NCBI RefSeq assembly: GCF_009914755.1
Contig: NC_060944.1
Strand: one strand, 5' to 3'
Length of the DNA stretch: 64,000 nucleotides
Source: the human T2T-CHM13v2.0 reference genome, Homo sapiens
The position numbers and the translations under genes were made by a program. The notes below the pieces were generated by a model. That model did no database searches. It was not told where the DNA came from and saw only the letters and a list, made by a program, of their open reading frames with translations. This document shows positions 13,261 through 31,492 of the stretch, in pieces (position 1 is the first letter of the stretch; the number at the start of each line of letters is the position of its first letter).

Positions 13261-13988
13261 ATTGTTAATCACTAAGCTACAGACAGTTGAACTGGTAGTA
13301 CTGCAGGTAATTAAATATCCTCTTAATCAAACATTTATTTAATTCATTAAAAAATAGTCTTATTAAGTGCCCATTATGTGCGAGGTACCATGTGAGGGAT
13401 CAGAGATACATAAAAGACACCATTCCTGCTCTAAAAGTTAGAGCCCTAAGAGGGAAAAGGTGAGAAAATCAGGGATGTCAGTACATGCACAAGGAAATGA
13501 AGACAGACAAGGTGCACTTCCAAAGGGAGAACACCCTTGAACTGAATCTTGAAGGACAACAGGGGTGAGCCAGGCAAGGAAGAGCATTTCAGGCAGACCA
13601 AACAGCAGCAAAAAATAAAAAGCCTTGCTGCTTATTTGGGGACCTGTAAGAGGCTGCCAGTGAGGGCAGAAGACAGGTGATAAGTGATAGAGAAGGAGGC
13701 AGACTAGACGAAGAACATTCTGAAGGCTATACTGGGGAGTGTGACTTTTGTCCTGAAGGCAATGAGAATCGAAATTACATCACACAGCATCTGAGGTGAG
13801 TGAGGGAGAGAGAAGGGGTAGAAGATTACAAACCAAAAGACTGCTTAGCAGGATACTCCACTGGTGGGGAAACTGAGGCTCTGAACAAAGTCTTAGGTAG
13901 TAGGCAGAAAAGAGATAAAAGAGCACCAGCACAAAATATACAGAGCCACAGAGTGAAGAAAAATACTACCAATACTGAACAAAATAAA

Positions 13989-14906
<918 letters not shown>

Positions 14907-17900
14907 TATTAAGTAGTAAAATGTGATATTCAAAATGTTTTTTATTAGGTACAAAAAATGCAACCTTCAAAAACTGGAAAGGCAGCACTTAATAGATTTC
15001 AAGGTTATTTTTTCTCTTTGCTTAGGATCATGCAAAGGTCTAATCTCTTTTTAAAGAAAAAAATCACACTGCACCGGACTCCTCATTTTTTTAATGACGG
15101 AACGAACATTCAGTGACCTTCACAAATCCCCAAATTAGTAGCATATAATTCTACCCATAATATGTGGGTTTTGCCCCGAATAAAGCATTCACTAAAACAG
15201 ATTCAAAAGGAGTCTTCTTCTCACAAAAGTATCTTACACAGGAGATCTCAGTCACAACCAAATCTGCCATGCTATTCTTCATTTCATGCAAGTTTCTATT
15301 TTCTGCCTGAAAACTACTGCATTTTTCCGATCTCTTCAGTTTTGGTACTAGCACTAGTTGGCCATCCGTTTTATGCCATGTTTTAGGGGAAAAAATCACT
15401 CCAAGACAGTTTCTATAGGAGTGATGAGTAGAGAATAACAAAACCCCAGTGAGATGCCACTACTTGGTTCCCACCACCCCATAAATTCAGAGGATTTAAA
15501 CTCCTGCCTCAGCACAATTAGAAAGCATTGTACACCTGCAGGTTGTCTTGGGACTGGCCACCCTGTCAAATTCATTCAGCAAGTGCCCAAGGCCTGCAGG
15601 AAAAGCCAGTGCACAAAGGCTTCAAGCCAGACCCTTCCAACCTGTACAGTGTCACAAACCACATCAAACACTAGATGTCACTCTGTAACAGCCACCACAC
15701 TACATATCCAAACAGAAAACAAGTAATAGACTTATAATAGCAAGTTTTTGTACAACTCTCTCCTAAAGGTATATATTAATTTAAAAAAAATCAACTTACC
15801 AAAACTGCATTAACAGATTAATTTTAATTAAAGAGAAAAAAGCTCTCTACATGTCTCCTGCTATCCTAACAATAAATAAACATGCTCAGGTTTCAGTGTG
15901 AATTTCCCATATCTTTAGCCCTAATGCAGTTTCTACCATCTGCCCTTAAAAGATTCTTGGAAGCATTTTTGCTAGTATTGCCTTCCACAGGATCTCCTCT
16001 TAAGAGTGTCAGTTACCAACACATCAAGTGGCACACTATGTGAAAGAGGCCAGCATGCCAGGAAGCTCAGGGCACCTGGACTGCAACAGATAACAACAAG
16101 AATGTAATTTCAGACTTCCACGAACATCTTATCTCCAGTGTCCCTTCCTCCAAGGTGAACTGAGTAATTTGGTATATCCCGTTGGGTCAATCCCAAGTTT
16201 CTCACCTATAAGTCTTGATGCAAAAGGGAGACTGCAGTCTTTAATACTAAATTTGCATATTAAACTATCCATTGAAACTGACTCCTTTCAACTCAAACAT
16301 TTGTCTAATTAAAATTACTAACATTCTATAATAGGATAATCACATTTTAACCAGGAAAAGTGCATGCAAAGAATCTCCAAAATGGACCACATGTTTATAT
16401 TTTGTTCCCACCTTCCGGTTTGTACAGATCATAGACATTTCACAATCAAAATCAGACACCAGAATAACCACATGCTATAGAGATAAAGGATCTCAGTCCT
16501 ATGTTTTATTATTTCCCCAGTATCCAGTACAGGCGATAGCACCGAGGAGCAACTACAGAGCTAATTCACCACCACAGGCAACATATGAGACCAGTGAAAA
16601 AGGGTACCTTGGCCACCTGGCCCTCTACTGTGATCCCTGCAGAGCAGTCTCAAGGCAAGATCACACTATGCCATAACAATAATGTTATCATTTGGAGTTG
16701 TTCCCAACCAAGGGTTCAACATCAATAAAAGCCACAAGTATGGCTGGCATTACAAAGAAAGCCAGATGATTACACACCTCTATTATCATTTAAATATAGC
16801 CCCATGTCATAAATGTGACCCAAAATCTTAGTCATGCTAACTAGAGACATTCACTTTGCCAACTGGAACTCAGGGAGACTTTGGGGATGAGAGATGGGTG
16901 TCTTTGTCAGCTCAGTTCTTTTAAAAATGTTCTCCAGAAAATCTGAATTGATAGTGGCTTTTTCTCAATTGCAATCAGTCATTTAGAATTATGACAGTGA
17001 CCAAAGAGCTGCATTCAAAATTGGAATCATTCTTTTAAAAGAAAACAAAATCTACTAAAGCATCTAAATATTTGAAATCCTCAATAAGAACTTAAATTCC
17101 AAGGATTTTAGAAGAATCTGCTTTTCTTGTTCATTTTAGTTGTTCTTGTCCCTCTTCCACTCAAAAACCGTGAAGTGGCCCTTACAGGAAACAAAATAAA
17201 AAGCAGTATCAGCCTGAGAGGTTTGTAGAGGAAGTCCTTCACCTCGGCATGGGAGGAGGGAGCAGCACGGAAGGATGGCTGCACACTGGACAGCCTGGAA
17301 TAAGAAATAACAAAGCAGAGAAAAGCGCAGAAACTGTGGCAACTAGTTAATTGTAAAAATATGATTCTGCCACCTTGCTATGTATTATTTGCTTATAAGA
17401 AAAGCCATTAGCCATTGTATAAAGAAAGAAAAGGAATCGTTACTTAATCCTGTAGGACACCGAGCCTGAATCTGTTGACTTGCCTAGAATTCAGTTCAGG
17501 CATTTTCACTGAACCTCCACAGGAGCTTTTAATTTGTTTTCATTTTCAAAGAGTTACAAAAGATATGCAATTCTCACAAAAGAAGAGGAGGAGGCAGGGG
17601 TGGGGGGAGGAAAAGAGGAGGAGGAGAAGGAAAGGAAGAAGAAAGGAAATAAATCTCAGAATTGTTTGTAATCCTATTATATTCATAACTCTAGTTTTTC
17701 TTTAGGCAATTCACTATTAGTATCTGAAGTAAAATGGTGCTACTAAATGTGAAAAGTTATAAATGAATGCATTTGGATGGGAAATAAAATCAACATTCAA
17801 ATTACTGGATTGCATATACAAAACAATGCTACAGAGAGTGAAAATCAGCCATTTGTTTCATCTTATTGGCACTGTACTGGATATAGCTATATTACTATTA

Positions 17901-18858
17901 TCAGGAAAATCATTAAAAATTCTTTTCCCCTACTCTAAGGAAAAAAATTAGGGGCTAAATCCACTATCTATATAAGCTCACCTGGAGCAATGAAGAACAA
18001 GAGACCCAGTGCTGAATTCCATTAAAGTAAGACATAGATTCCACTACATCCCTGGATTCACCACTGGTCAAATTATGAATCCCAAACATAACTACACCCA
18101 GACTGTGCACATGCTGAGTCCAGCCATCCAATCCAGCATAACACCAAACTGCAGAGAAGGAAGGGAGTCAGTACATATAGGCGTGTAATAAATCGCAAGC
18201 AATCAAATTTCAATACCAAAGGAAAAACAAAAGCTAGCATCCACAATATTATTTTTCTTTCTCTGTATGTCCTAGAAGAAACCCACATGTCATCTGCACT
18301 TGCTGTGTGGTTCACCTGCTGCAGTTTGCCTCTTCCACCAATGCTTCTCAAATAAGAATCTCCTACCAAAGGACGGGTGAGAAAGAGACATGGTGCATCA
18401 TCCTGGAGTGCACTGAAACTGTTTTCTTTATCTTGAAGGGGAAACAGATGGAGAAAGGTTGAAGGTGTGGTGGGGAGATGAAGTCCTAAGGAATTTGGCT
18501 AGCCTTTATTTAACATTATTTTCATTTTAAAAAATGCATGAAAACAGTAGAATGACATTGTGCATGGCTTTTCAATTCTGTTTGCAGAGGGTCACTTTGG
18601 AGCCATGCTTCTCCAACCTGTGGAGGTAAATGCTCATTCCCCTCAGCCAAGGGCACTCTGGTAATAAGAAGAAGCCCAGAGAAACCATTTCAGTAAAATC
18701 CTAAACCTTAAGTCAAAGTCCCCTGCATTACAAGGATACAGATGTACAAGATACTAAGGATTTAACCATGTTTAACAATGAAAAGTGGTCTTTCAAACGA
18801 TGAGATACGGCTCTACTGGAGGACTCTAGAGCCTCCCTGTCCAATACAGTAGCCACTA

Positions 18859-19176
<318 letters not shown>

Positions 19177-20004
19177 TCATTTTATATGTCCTTGTCCCTC
19201 TTCCACTCAAAAATATGTACAAAAATGCACATAAAAAACATGGAGTTAGAGTTTTTACACTCTCATTAGGAAACTAAGGCATAGCCACATTAAGGGATAA
19301 CTATGGATATCCAGCCACAGTCAAATGATAACACAAGGCAGGGCTATTATATGAGTCCAAAGGAAAGAATGAGCACTTCCAGCAGGAGTTGCCAGGAGAA
19401 ATTGGTGGGTCTAAACAGGTCCTGAGAGAATGGGCCAGATGGGGAGAAGAGCTAAGGGCGGTCCCTGAAAAGAGAACTGAATAAACTAAGAGGCAGAAGT
19501 GAAACTATGCAAAGAGAGATAAAGGGGCAGTGTTAGCCCGACAGAGCACTTCCACAGAGTAACCACAAAATATGAAGAAGAGCTACACTGAGAGCCAGGG
19601 AGAGGACTGTGAGTGTTAGACCAGCCTGGGCCACACTTTACAGACTATAAAGAACTCATTCAGGTCTCTAGGAAGGCTAATGACAAGATAGAAACAGGGT
19701 TTAATATAGTGGGGTAATTTAAATAAAATTTAGAATAAAGAATCTGTTTATCTGTGATTTCAAATCCTGTGATATTTGAAGAACATCCAAATGAGTGGCA
19801 CTCCAATGCCAGAACATGTTTACGTTTTGAAATTAAGCCTCTTGTGTCGATGTATTTTAATTGGAGTGTGGGAGGGTGAGGAAATATCAAATTCTATAAA
19901 CTTTCTAAAACATACATGTATAACTCCAAACTATTCTATTTCTCTAGTAAAAGGGGATGGCATACAACATGGCAGAAAGCTTGAAACAGTATCTCTGAAT
20001 TAAC

Positions 20005-20530
20005 TATATTGTCTTATTCTCTGTATTCTTGATGTGCTGACATCTGGGGCCTCAATGACATAGGAAGGATGCCCCTCCAAGGGTTAGCAAATTCCCAAAG
20101 ATAGTGGCTCAGAGCATGTTTCTGATATGCAAACCAACCAATCCCAAATCCGTAACCCCAACCACATCCTTTTATGGACTCTATCCCCCTCCCCTCAATC
20201 ATCCAGGGGCCAGGTGCTGGACAACCAGGAGCTACCCCTACAGCCCTGTCAGCTGAAATTATTCAAACTATCCAGTCCTAAGCCTATGTAGTTTACTTAC
20301 CTGGCCTTGCCCATTCCTTCCTGCAAAAAAACACAATAAAAGCTCCTGCCCTCAGTTCTGTCTCTGTCGCTCCCTTTCCTCTTTGCGTACTGATTTTGCC
20401 TTGGTGCTTCCCTGTTTGGCTCTGTGTGACATGTCTGTTTCTAGAGGCCTGTGAGCATAATTAAAACTTCTTCCTTCATAACAATCATTTTCATGTTTCT
20501 GTGCCTTACCACACCTGATTAAAACGAATC
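20005..20530 (+). mobile_element. ERV solo LTR (LTR47-like)
   Basis: gcaaaccaaccaatcc, gctgaaattattcaaacta, cacaataaaagctc LTR motifs; subfamily uncertain. Confidence 0.65.
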
Positions 20531-20989
20531 TCAGGTACCATTAAAATAACCTGTCAAGCTTGAATCCAGAAGGTTCTCAATGTGAATTATTTGATCTTGA
20601 GACCCATTCACCAAGTACCTTGTGTTTCTACACCAACTCTCCTTTCCCTTATGCAGGTAACTAATTCAAGAACCATCACCAAAATATCACTTCTGAAAAG
20701 AACCATTCAGGATTTTCTGTGATTCAGAAGGTCATTACTGGAGCTCTGACATGAATTCATTCTTACCAGTAGACTCTTCCGCTCACCACGAAATGGTAAT
20801 TTATACTCCATGAGGACGGGAGGCTCTGGCTACCTTGCTCATTGTTGTATCTCCAGCACCTACGTGTGTCTGACACAGTGCATACCTAATAAATGTGTCT
20901 GATGAATAAATGAATTGTAAAGAATAGTATATGTTGATATAGACAGCCTATGGAATACAGCTTAGAAAGAATACCAACACTCCTAAGTG

Positions 20990-21190
20990 GTAGGCAGCAT
21001 GCCAGTAAGTTAGAATAATAGGTTCTAGAGTTAGACTAAAGGTTAAATCCCTACTCTCCCATTTACTAAGTGTGCACCCTTGGGCAAGTCACCTAACCCT
21101 ACAAAGCCTCCAACATTTCATTCATAAAAACTGGGAAGACCAAACCTACTTCAGAAGGAAAGGATTAAACAGACTAGCCCATGTAAAACA
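20990..21190 (+). mobile_element. MIR
   Basis: MIR core (ggttaaatccctactctcccatttactaagtgtgcacccttgggcaagtcacctaacc). Confidence 0.8.
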
Positions 21191-21319
21191 TGTAGATTCC
21201 GGTTAAGATGGTAAATGTAAATTCATGTTGTGGAGTCCCACATCATCATCCCCACATCTCCATTTGAAAGACAAAGCAATGATGGATGAAATATGGTTTT
21301 TAAAGTACAGTAAGAGTCA

Positions 21320-21657
<338 letters not shown>

Positions 21658-23588
21658 TATGATAAACAACTCCATGAACCAACAGAAACTCTAAGTGGTG
21701 TACATATCTGAAGCTACAGGCAAAGGCAGCTGGAGTCAACTTCCAAAAGGTACAAGTGCTCCCACTAGAGAGGAAGGCAGGCAAAAAGGTCTGCTCACTG
21801 CCTGAGACCATGACCTGGACTGGCTGGTGGCCTTCACTGCACATCACTTACTTTATCAGAATACTGTAATGTCTCCAATACTCTACATCTAAAAACTACT
21901 GTTTCCTTTTCCAAGGTTCCCTTTCAGTGCATCCCTGACTTACAAGGCAGACAGCAGCTCTCTTTACATACTCCTCTTTCATGCCTTCTTATCTCTTACC
22001 TCTATGCTTTCTTCCAAGCCATTTCTTATTTATAGAATATCTCTACATGGTATCGCTTTTGTGATTTAACACATCTTATTAATTCCACCTCTTCTCAAGG
22101 GAGCCTTTCCTAATTATTTACAAAGTGGTAAGTATTCACTTCCAAACCCTTATAAACTATCTCTTTACAAGCTTTACAGGGCACTATCCTACAAAGCAGC
22201 AACGAAGTTACTTAGTACCCAGAATGAAACATACAAATTACAACCTACCTTCTAAAGCCAGAGACAGAGGGAACATAAGCATAAACAAAAGTAATGCAAG
22301 TTTATTATTCACTCATATTTACCATGCAAAATGAAAGTTTTATGAAGCCTTGAACAATATATATTTGTTCTATTATACAGGCAACTAATCCTCTGTAAAT
22401 GGTAATGTATCAGTATTAACACCCTCCCTAGTCTAGAATTTAAGAACATGAAGAGAAAGTATCAAAACTTCTGTGAGAGGGATAGGTCTAGAGTCTCTGA
22501 AGGGCTTTCCTGCTGCAGGCCAATGGATCCATGACAACAAATGTAATTCTTAAAACATTGCTGGGCTTTGAAGAACACAGAGAAACTAACAAGGGACTAA
22601 AAAATGGTGGGGGAAGAAGGAGGAGCAAAGAGGGAAGAAGAAAGGAGGCAGAAGACAAGTAAGCCAAAACCTGATCTGTAAGCAACATGCAAAAGAAAAA
22701 ACTGCAGAATGCCAAGGAGCTGATGCCAACACCAGCGCTAGGATTTACAGGTGACTATCCCCTCCAGCCCCCAGTTCCCAGCTATGGTAAGTTTAGGGAA
22801 CTGAACCTGAATTTCCATTCATAAACCAGAACCCTCAAATGGAGCTAAAGTGCTCTCAATCAAGAGCATTCCCAGACTCCCGGCAAAAGCAAAGACAAAT
22901 CCTCTGGGAGAAACCAGGATTAACAAATGTGAAATCTGTGGTCATTCAGTACCACTCTCAAAATCAAATATCACAAAATATGCAAAAAAAGAAGCCACTG
23001 TGAATGAGAGGCAGCTGAAATAACCAGCATAATTAGACAAACACTTAAGCTACTAGGATTATCATCTACAAAATATGAAATATTACACAGTAAATGTTTA
23101 ATAAAATAAAAGATGTCTAAAAATGAACGAGGATCAAGAGACAATCGAAAGCAACCAGCCACATAAGAATGCCAAACCAAAAAAGCTGTTAAAAACATGA
23201 AAAAAATCATTGAAATGTACAGCTCAATAGATTGGTAAAGTAGCAGATTTGTTCCAAACGAAGGGAGTTAGTGAACTGGAAGAAACAACTGAAGAGACTT
23301 CCCAGAATGCAACACAAACAGATTGCGGGAGGAGAAAATAAAAGCAAGCTTAAGAAACAGAGAGGATAGATCAACAAGTTTAAGTAAGAATCCTAGAAAG
23401 TATGGCCAGAATGAACAGAAACTTATCAATATTTGAGAAGACAATAGCTAAGAATGTTAGAGAACTATAAAACATATGAATCCAGAGACTTGAGAAACAT
23501 ACATATACCAAGCAAGATAAGAAATCTTCAACTAGATATTTTGTAATTAAACTGTAGAACAACAGACACAAAAGATCTTAAAAGAAGC

Positions 23589-23925
<337 letters not shown>

Positions 23926-24591
23926 AAAAGAAGCCAGAAAGAAAAGACATTTAAAGGAACAACAATTACACCAAAAACAGAGTTTAAAGCTGCTACAATG
24001 GCAACTAGAAGATAGTAAAAATGTGGCACAAACACTACTACTACTACTATTACCAACACCACCACCACTACTACTAGGGTGTGTAATATAAAAACTGCTT
24101 GAAGACAATAAAGACCAAGCTAATGGAGATAAAACTGAAGGGATTATGACTCTCCAAAGAGATGCTTCTTTGCCAATACATTTTAAAACTTTGGTGATAA
24201 GAACAAATCCTCAGAATTCTTCAAATTCTTAGAAAAATATATAACTTACCAAACTTGAATCAAGAAAAAAAAACCAGAAAATATGAATAATACTAAAACA
24301 AGTCTAAAACTATCAAAGAAATTGAATGAGTGGTTAAAATCTTCACATAAGTAAAAAAAGCACCCCAGTTGCAGGTGGTTTTATAGGAAAGGTAAAAAAA
24401 ACATTTCAATGACAGCTCATTCCAATCTTATAGAACTATGTTATATAACAGAGAAAGAAGAAATGCTTGACAACAGGTTTTATAACCATTACCACAGGAC
24501 CAGTCAAAAACAACATGAGTATGAGAAAGAAAAACTGAGGCCAACCTCAGCTGTGAACAGAGATCCAAAAATGCAAACAAAATATTAGTCC

Positions 24592-24875
24592 AGGCTGGGT
24601 GCAGTGCCTCATGCCTATAATCCCACAACTTCAGGAGGCCAAGGCAGGAAGATCACTTGAGCCCTGGAGTTTGAGACCAGCCTAGACAACATAGGGAGAC
24701 CCTATGTCTACAACAAATTAAAAAGAAAAAAAATTAGCTGGGCATCGTGATGCACACGTGTAGTCCCACCTACTCAGGAGGCTGAGGCAGGAGGATCACT
24801 TGAGCCCAGGAGGTCAAGGCTACAGTGAGCTATGTTCACACCACTGTACTCCAGCCTGGGCAATACCCTGACTCA

Positions 24876-24906
<31 letters not shown>

Positions 24907-24915
24907 GTAATAGTA
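24592..24915 (+). mobile_element. AluJ with (AAT)n tail
   Basis: AluJ features (ggatcacttgagcccaggaggtcaaggct); TSD attagtcca. Confidence 0.93.
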
Positions 24916-26925
24916 ATTAGTCCATCCAAAAATCTAGAACTGTAATTCACCATATTAATACTCAAGAAGAATCATTATCATCTCAATCAAGTTTTTTCAA
25001 GAAAAAATTTAAAAACTTCAAAACCCATCTATGATTTTTTAAATAAATCTCAAACTAGGAATAGAAACAAAGTTATTTAATTTGATAGAGAATCTACCAA
25101 AAAGTTACAGAGAATATTACTCTTAATATTTCACATTAACAAAACTCTCTTTAGATCAAAAACAAGATGACCCTTTATCACTTCCATTTACCAATGTACT
25201 GGAAGGCTGACTCAGGGCGGAAAGCAGACCAACTGGCAAGTATGTCCACTCCTTACTCATAGACAATCTGTCTACCAAGAAAACAAAAAACCTGTAGACA
25301 AAATGTAGGAATTAAACAAGTCACATATATTTACTTAATCCAGCAGTGGGACTGAATAAACATGAACTAAATTTAAAAACATGGATAAATCTTAGAATTA
25401 ATGTTGAGGGTAAAAAGCATGTCGAAGGTGATTATGTACCATAGGAGATCATTTCTATTACACTCAAAACAAAACAAAACCACACAAGAAATTATTTAAG
25501 GGTACAAATATGTGTGGCAAAGCCATTTTTTAAAAGAAAGAGAATGATAAAATGCAGGGGAGTTACTGTCACAGAGGTGAAAAAGGATGGTGGAAGAGCA
25601 CCTAAGTAGCTTTTAGTTCCTAAAATGGTGAAGGGGGAGGGTGTCAAGAGTATGTGCTTTATTACCATGCTTCCTAACTTACATATGTTATAGATTCTTT
25701 AACCATTACATAAATAATATAATTAAGTTGATAAAATAGTACAAACAAATGATGGTCAGTAGATACATATTTAAGTAACACACTTAATTAAAGCTCCTGT
25801 TAAAAACAACTCATTTCACAGGTTTCATTCAAAGGACGGTAAACACAGGAAACATAATAACCACTACAGAATATGTGTATCAACATATGTGTATCAATAG
25901 CGAATCAACATCTGTACTCTGGGAAAGGAGTATAGCTCTCAAAGGAGAGAAAGGGGAACCAGGGCTATTGAGCACTAGCCATGAAGCCAAGTCCTGGGCA
26001 GGAAGTTTCCCATATCTTGTTTTTTTTCCATAAACTCAGAAAGCCCCTCACCATAAGGCCCTGGAGAACTCTCCTACTGTAGGAGATCTTTCCTACAGTG
26101 CTTTGCCCTCCAGCCAGCTCTGCACCTGCTCACATTAGGCCTTTCCTTTACAGCTATAAAAGTTTATCTTCTCACACTAACCTAAGCCTACACCTCTCAA
26201 ACCACAAATAATTTCTAAAAAACCAACAATTAACTTTCGGAACCTATAATTCAGTTCTGAGTGTGTTCTCCAGGTACCCGTAATCTGGCCACTTATCTAA
26301 TACATTTGGACAAGAAAGACTTTAAGCTTAATAAGTCAAAAACCACACCCAAACATTGTTTCAACTTTGAAGATATGATCAATGCACACAGATATACAGA
26401 TGCATAAAGATCATAACCTCACTAGTAGAAAAATATATATCAAAAAAAGTTTTTGCATGTCAGATTTATATATATATGTATTTATATATATGAGACGAAT
26501 CATCTCTAATGTTAGAGTATAGGAAATTTACATAAGACTTACATATCAGTTTATATAACATTTTTGGGTTTTTAAATTTTTTTATTTTTTACAGGGCAGT
26601 TTCTCAGTGTGAATATATGACCTTTTGGAGAGCAATTCAGCAATATCTGCTACTATTTAAGATGTGTGTACTCCTCCATCTAATAATTTCACATCTAGGT
26701 ACCCATACAGGAAAAACTATCACACATGCTTGCAAAAAAAGAAAATCACGAGAAAATTATTTGTAGCACAGTTTGTAAAAGTGGGAGGGTGGGAGGAAGG
26801 AAGGAAAGAAAAAAATATATGTCCACCAACAGCCATTTTTATTTGTCTTCAAATAAAATTAAAGATCAAAAATACTTTATTTCCAACAAGAATTATAAAA
26901 GCTAAATAAACTCATCAAAACTTAC

Positions 26926-26978
26926 TTCAAAAAGGAAGAGGATGGAGTCCAGCTCCTCCCTTTGTGACTTATTATTCC
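26926..26978 (-). CDS. RALGAPA2: RALGAPA2 coding exon 3 (53 nt, GNNKSQREELDSILFLFE)
   Basis: Acceptor attccag|GG, donor GAA|gtaag; cumulative CDS 270 nt, in frame. Confidence 0.95.
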
Positions 26979-27511
26979 CTGGAATATTAAAAAATAATTA
27001 GTTATCATGACATCATTTAAACTTCAGGACACTACAAATTATGCTAAAAGGCAGCTTAAAACTAGTAAGCCTCAACATACATTCATTTATTCAAAAAATA
27101 GCAAGAGGCAGTATGGAGAACACATTAGGATTGCAAACAGACAACCGAGCCCGACTGCTCAGATCCACATCCAGCAGAGCTGCCCCTTGCTAGCTGTTTG
27201 AACACAGCTTCCATGTTTTCCAACTTGTTACCAAACTATGATGGGTAATTTATTCATTTCTCAACTAGTTACTTATTGGCTCAAATTGTGGCAGAATGCA
27301 CAGCACAAACGAAAAATTTCTAAGTTGGTAATATAAAAAGTCATAGAGCAGATAACTATAAAAGTAGTATATCTTTTGGGGCAACTGCACACTGTCCTAT
27401 TGATAATAACAACAGTAATAAAACCTACAACACCTGCAGCTGAGGTTACCATTTTCGGTCCTCTCTGTGTACCAAGCATCGTGCTAAGTGCTTGGCGCAT
27501 ATCATTTAATA

Positions 27512-27700
27512 TAGGAATCAACAAACCTCTTCTGTAAAGGGTCAGACAATAAATATTTTAGGCTTTGCAGGCCTCTCTTACAAACACTCAAATCTGCTGT
27601 TACAGTACAAAATCAGCCACAGACAATACATAAATAATGGATATGGCTTGTCTAATAAAACGTTATTTATAAAACAGGCAGCTATAAGCTGTGGACCCCT
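27512..27700. mobile_element. MER58A hAT fossil within a MIR
   Basis: caaacc..tctgtaaagggtcaga..ataaatattttaggctttgcaggcc ... aaaacaggcagc. Confidence 0.8.
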
Positions 27701-27739
27701 GATCTAACTGAATCCCCACAGCTCAATGAAGTAGATATC

Positions 27740-28870
<1,131 letters not shown>

Positions 28871-31381
28871 CAAGTTATCACAAGATTATTTATTTCATTA
28901 TTCCTTGTAGGCATTTTCTTTTATTCTTTTTTAAGGTACAGTGTCTTCCCTGCACTCCAATCGAACACAGATTATACTAAAAGCAAAAGACTTCAAAAAT
29001 CTCACTATTTTTATTGGTTCTTCACTATGATTCTTTGCAGTAGATTGCAAGAATGGCCACAATCAAAGACCACCACAGTGCCTCACCCTGAATTCCTTCC
29101 ACTCCATGCTTGACAACTGCCTGTTCTACAGGAGCAATCAGGGCATCTGACAAGGGGTCCCTTGATTTTTCCTCTCCACCTCAAAATGTCTCCATATCTA
29201 CACTATCCCCTTATCTGCTCCTCCTTACATAGAAAGGTCACCTGTACGCTCCTCTCCATGTCTCTTCTTTTTCCTTGACCTGTCTCAACTCACTTCCCCC
29301 AACACCTGCACCATTAGTTATCTCCCCCTCCAGCTGACCCACTCCTCAATCTGCAAACAGGCCAATGCATTCCTCAATAACCTTCCCGTGACCAGGGTGA
29401 GATACAATCTGTGTCTTCACATCAAACTTTCTGAAAGGATATTCTCATGGGTCACCTTCAACAGCTCACCGCCCTGTGACTCCATGTCCATCTGTTTGGC
29501 TTCCGACCTGCTCCTCACCTAGAACCTTTCTCTCCGCACTCACTAACAACCACACTGATGAGCTCTTACTCCCCAGCCCAGCTGCACCTCATGCACCAAT
29601 AGGCTGACTCTACATGCCTTCAATTCTCTCTCCCCTGGTCCTCTGTGACAAAACCCTTTCCTGGTACCCCTCCTACTACTCCATCGCTTTCCTTTGCATA
29701 TACCCAATAAAATAAGGAATTATCTAAAAGTTCTGACCATCACTCTCTTTCTCTGTATATACTTTTTCCCTTGGCAATAACACGATTTCACCTCTTTTCT
29801 CCCAAGCTCCAGTCACCTATATTGTACTGTCCAGCCAACACCTACACCAAGGTATCCCCCATGCACCTCAAACACAGACTGCCCAAAGCCACTCTCACCC
29901 TCCTGCCTTCCAAATCTGGCTCCCCTCCAGGGTTCCTGCGCTAATGGCACCTCACAAAGCAGACTCAGTGTCCTGAAAGCATCTTTGACTTCTCCCTTTC
30001 CCTTATAACCAAGTCTCATAGATGGTAGACCCACTGAGACACAACACTTTTCTTTTCCCTTAACTACTGCCTCCCTGGATCAGGCATCACCATCCCTCAG
30101 ATGAATGACAGCATCAGCCTTCCAATTGGTGTTCTTGCCTCTGGTTCAATCGCTACTTTACAAGATACTTGTGATAGTAACAAACACTTTCAAGAGCTCT
30201 AACCACCTCCAGAACAAAGTCCAAACTCCTTAGCCTAGAATTCAAGGCTCCTTGCAAGCATTATCTAATTTCCTGCAAATCTCTTTCACACACCTTTGCT
30301 GCAAGAAAAAAAAAATGCATTTCCCATACATGTCGTAAGAACAGCCCTACCTTTACTCATGTTCTCCCCTCCAGCAGCAGTGCCGCTCTCTTCCACCTGA
30401 AATCCTGCTGTCCTTCAAGGTCCATTCCCAAGGCCACCTCTTCCCCAAAGCCTCATCTATATACTCAGCAGGAAGTCATCTCTCCCACTTCCCAAGAACC
30501 ACAGAATTCTGTCTAAATCTCTCTTACAGAACAACTGACTTTTTAACTTTTTTCACAGTTATTTATGCATATGGCTTATTTTTTAAATAAATGAATGACA
30601 TCTACTTCATAGAGCTGTGGGGATTCAGATTCAGCCCACAGACTACATGAAAATGAAAGAAGATGGTGACAGCAGCTACTACTTACTGACCATGGACTAT
30701 GTGTCAAACTCTGTCCTAAAATGCTAGGATACCTGTGAACCTGTTTAACGCTGACAGGAGGAAGCCAGCTCAGAGACAGATTAATTTGCCCAAGGAGAAA
30801 CAGCTAGAAGGGTGGGGCCAGGTTCCCAACCCAGTCTGGCTCCCCAGGCTACACTATCCTACCACTTAGGTGACAGGATGTATAATGTATACAGAACAGA
30901 ATGTATAATGTGACCTTGTTGGTTTGATTTTCAAAGAATATAGTCACAAACATATATAAACATAATACATTAATAATATATCTGGAAGGAGATGCAGGAA
31001 ATCTTTAATAGTGGTTGCCTCTGCAAGCAGGGCAAAACAGACACTTGAGTGTTCATTTCAGACCCTTTTATGGAATCTAAATTTTTTTAATAGTATGCAT
31101 GTATTACTTTTCTTTCTTTTTCAGTAACTTACTCCTTTGAAAATCATGCTTTCTAAGGGTTCCTTCTGCTATTTTTGCTAGCCATGTGTTGTTCAATTAA
31201 CATCCATATAAGTGAAAGCTCAAGAGAAACAAAGATGCCACCCTGTCCACCATGCTCTCACAGCTTTGCTAAAGGCTTGGCAAGAAAGAAAGCTTAAAAA
31301 TGTATAATTTGTGGCTCATGATATATACAACTTATAAAAATGCCCGAATGTTTTTTAAAAAAAAACTACTGAAATGCTTAC

Positions 31382-31492
31382 CTTTTAATTTCAAACTATT
31401 TTCCAGTGCTATAAAATTTTCATAGAAGATGAAATATATCTGAGAATAGTTGGTCTCAAAAAACTGCTTAAGATCATTTGCATCCACATTAT
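31382..31492 (-). CDS. RALGAPA2: RALGAPA2 coding exon 2 (111 nt, [37 protein letters not shown])
   Basis: Acceptor cttttcag|AT, donor G|gtaagc; phase 1 to phase 1, continues the exon 1 frame. Confidence 0.96.
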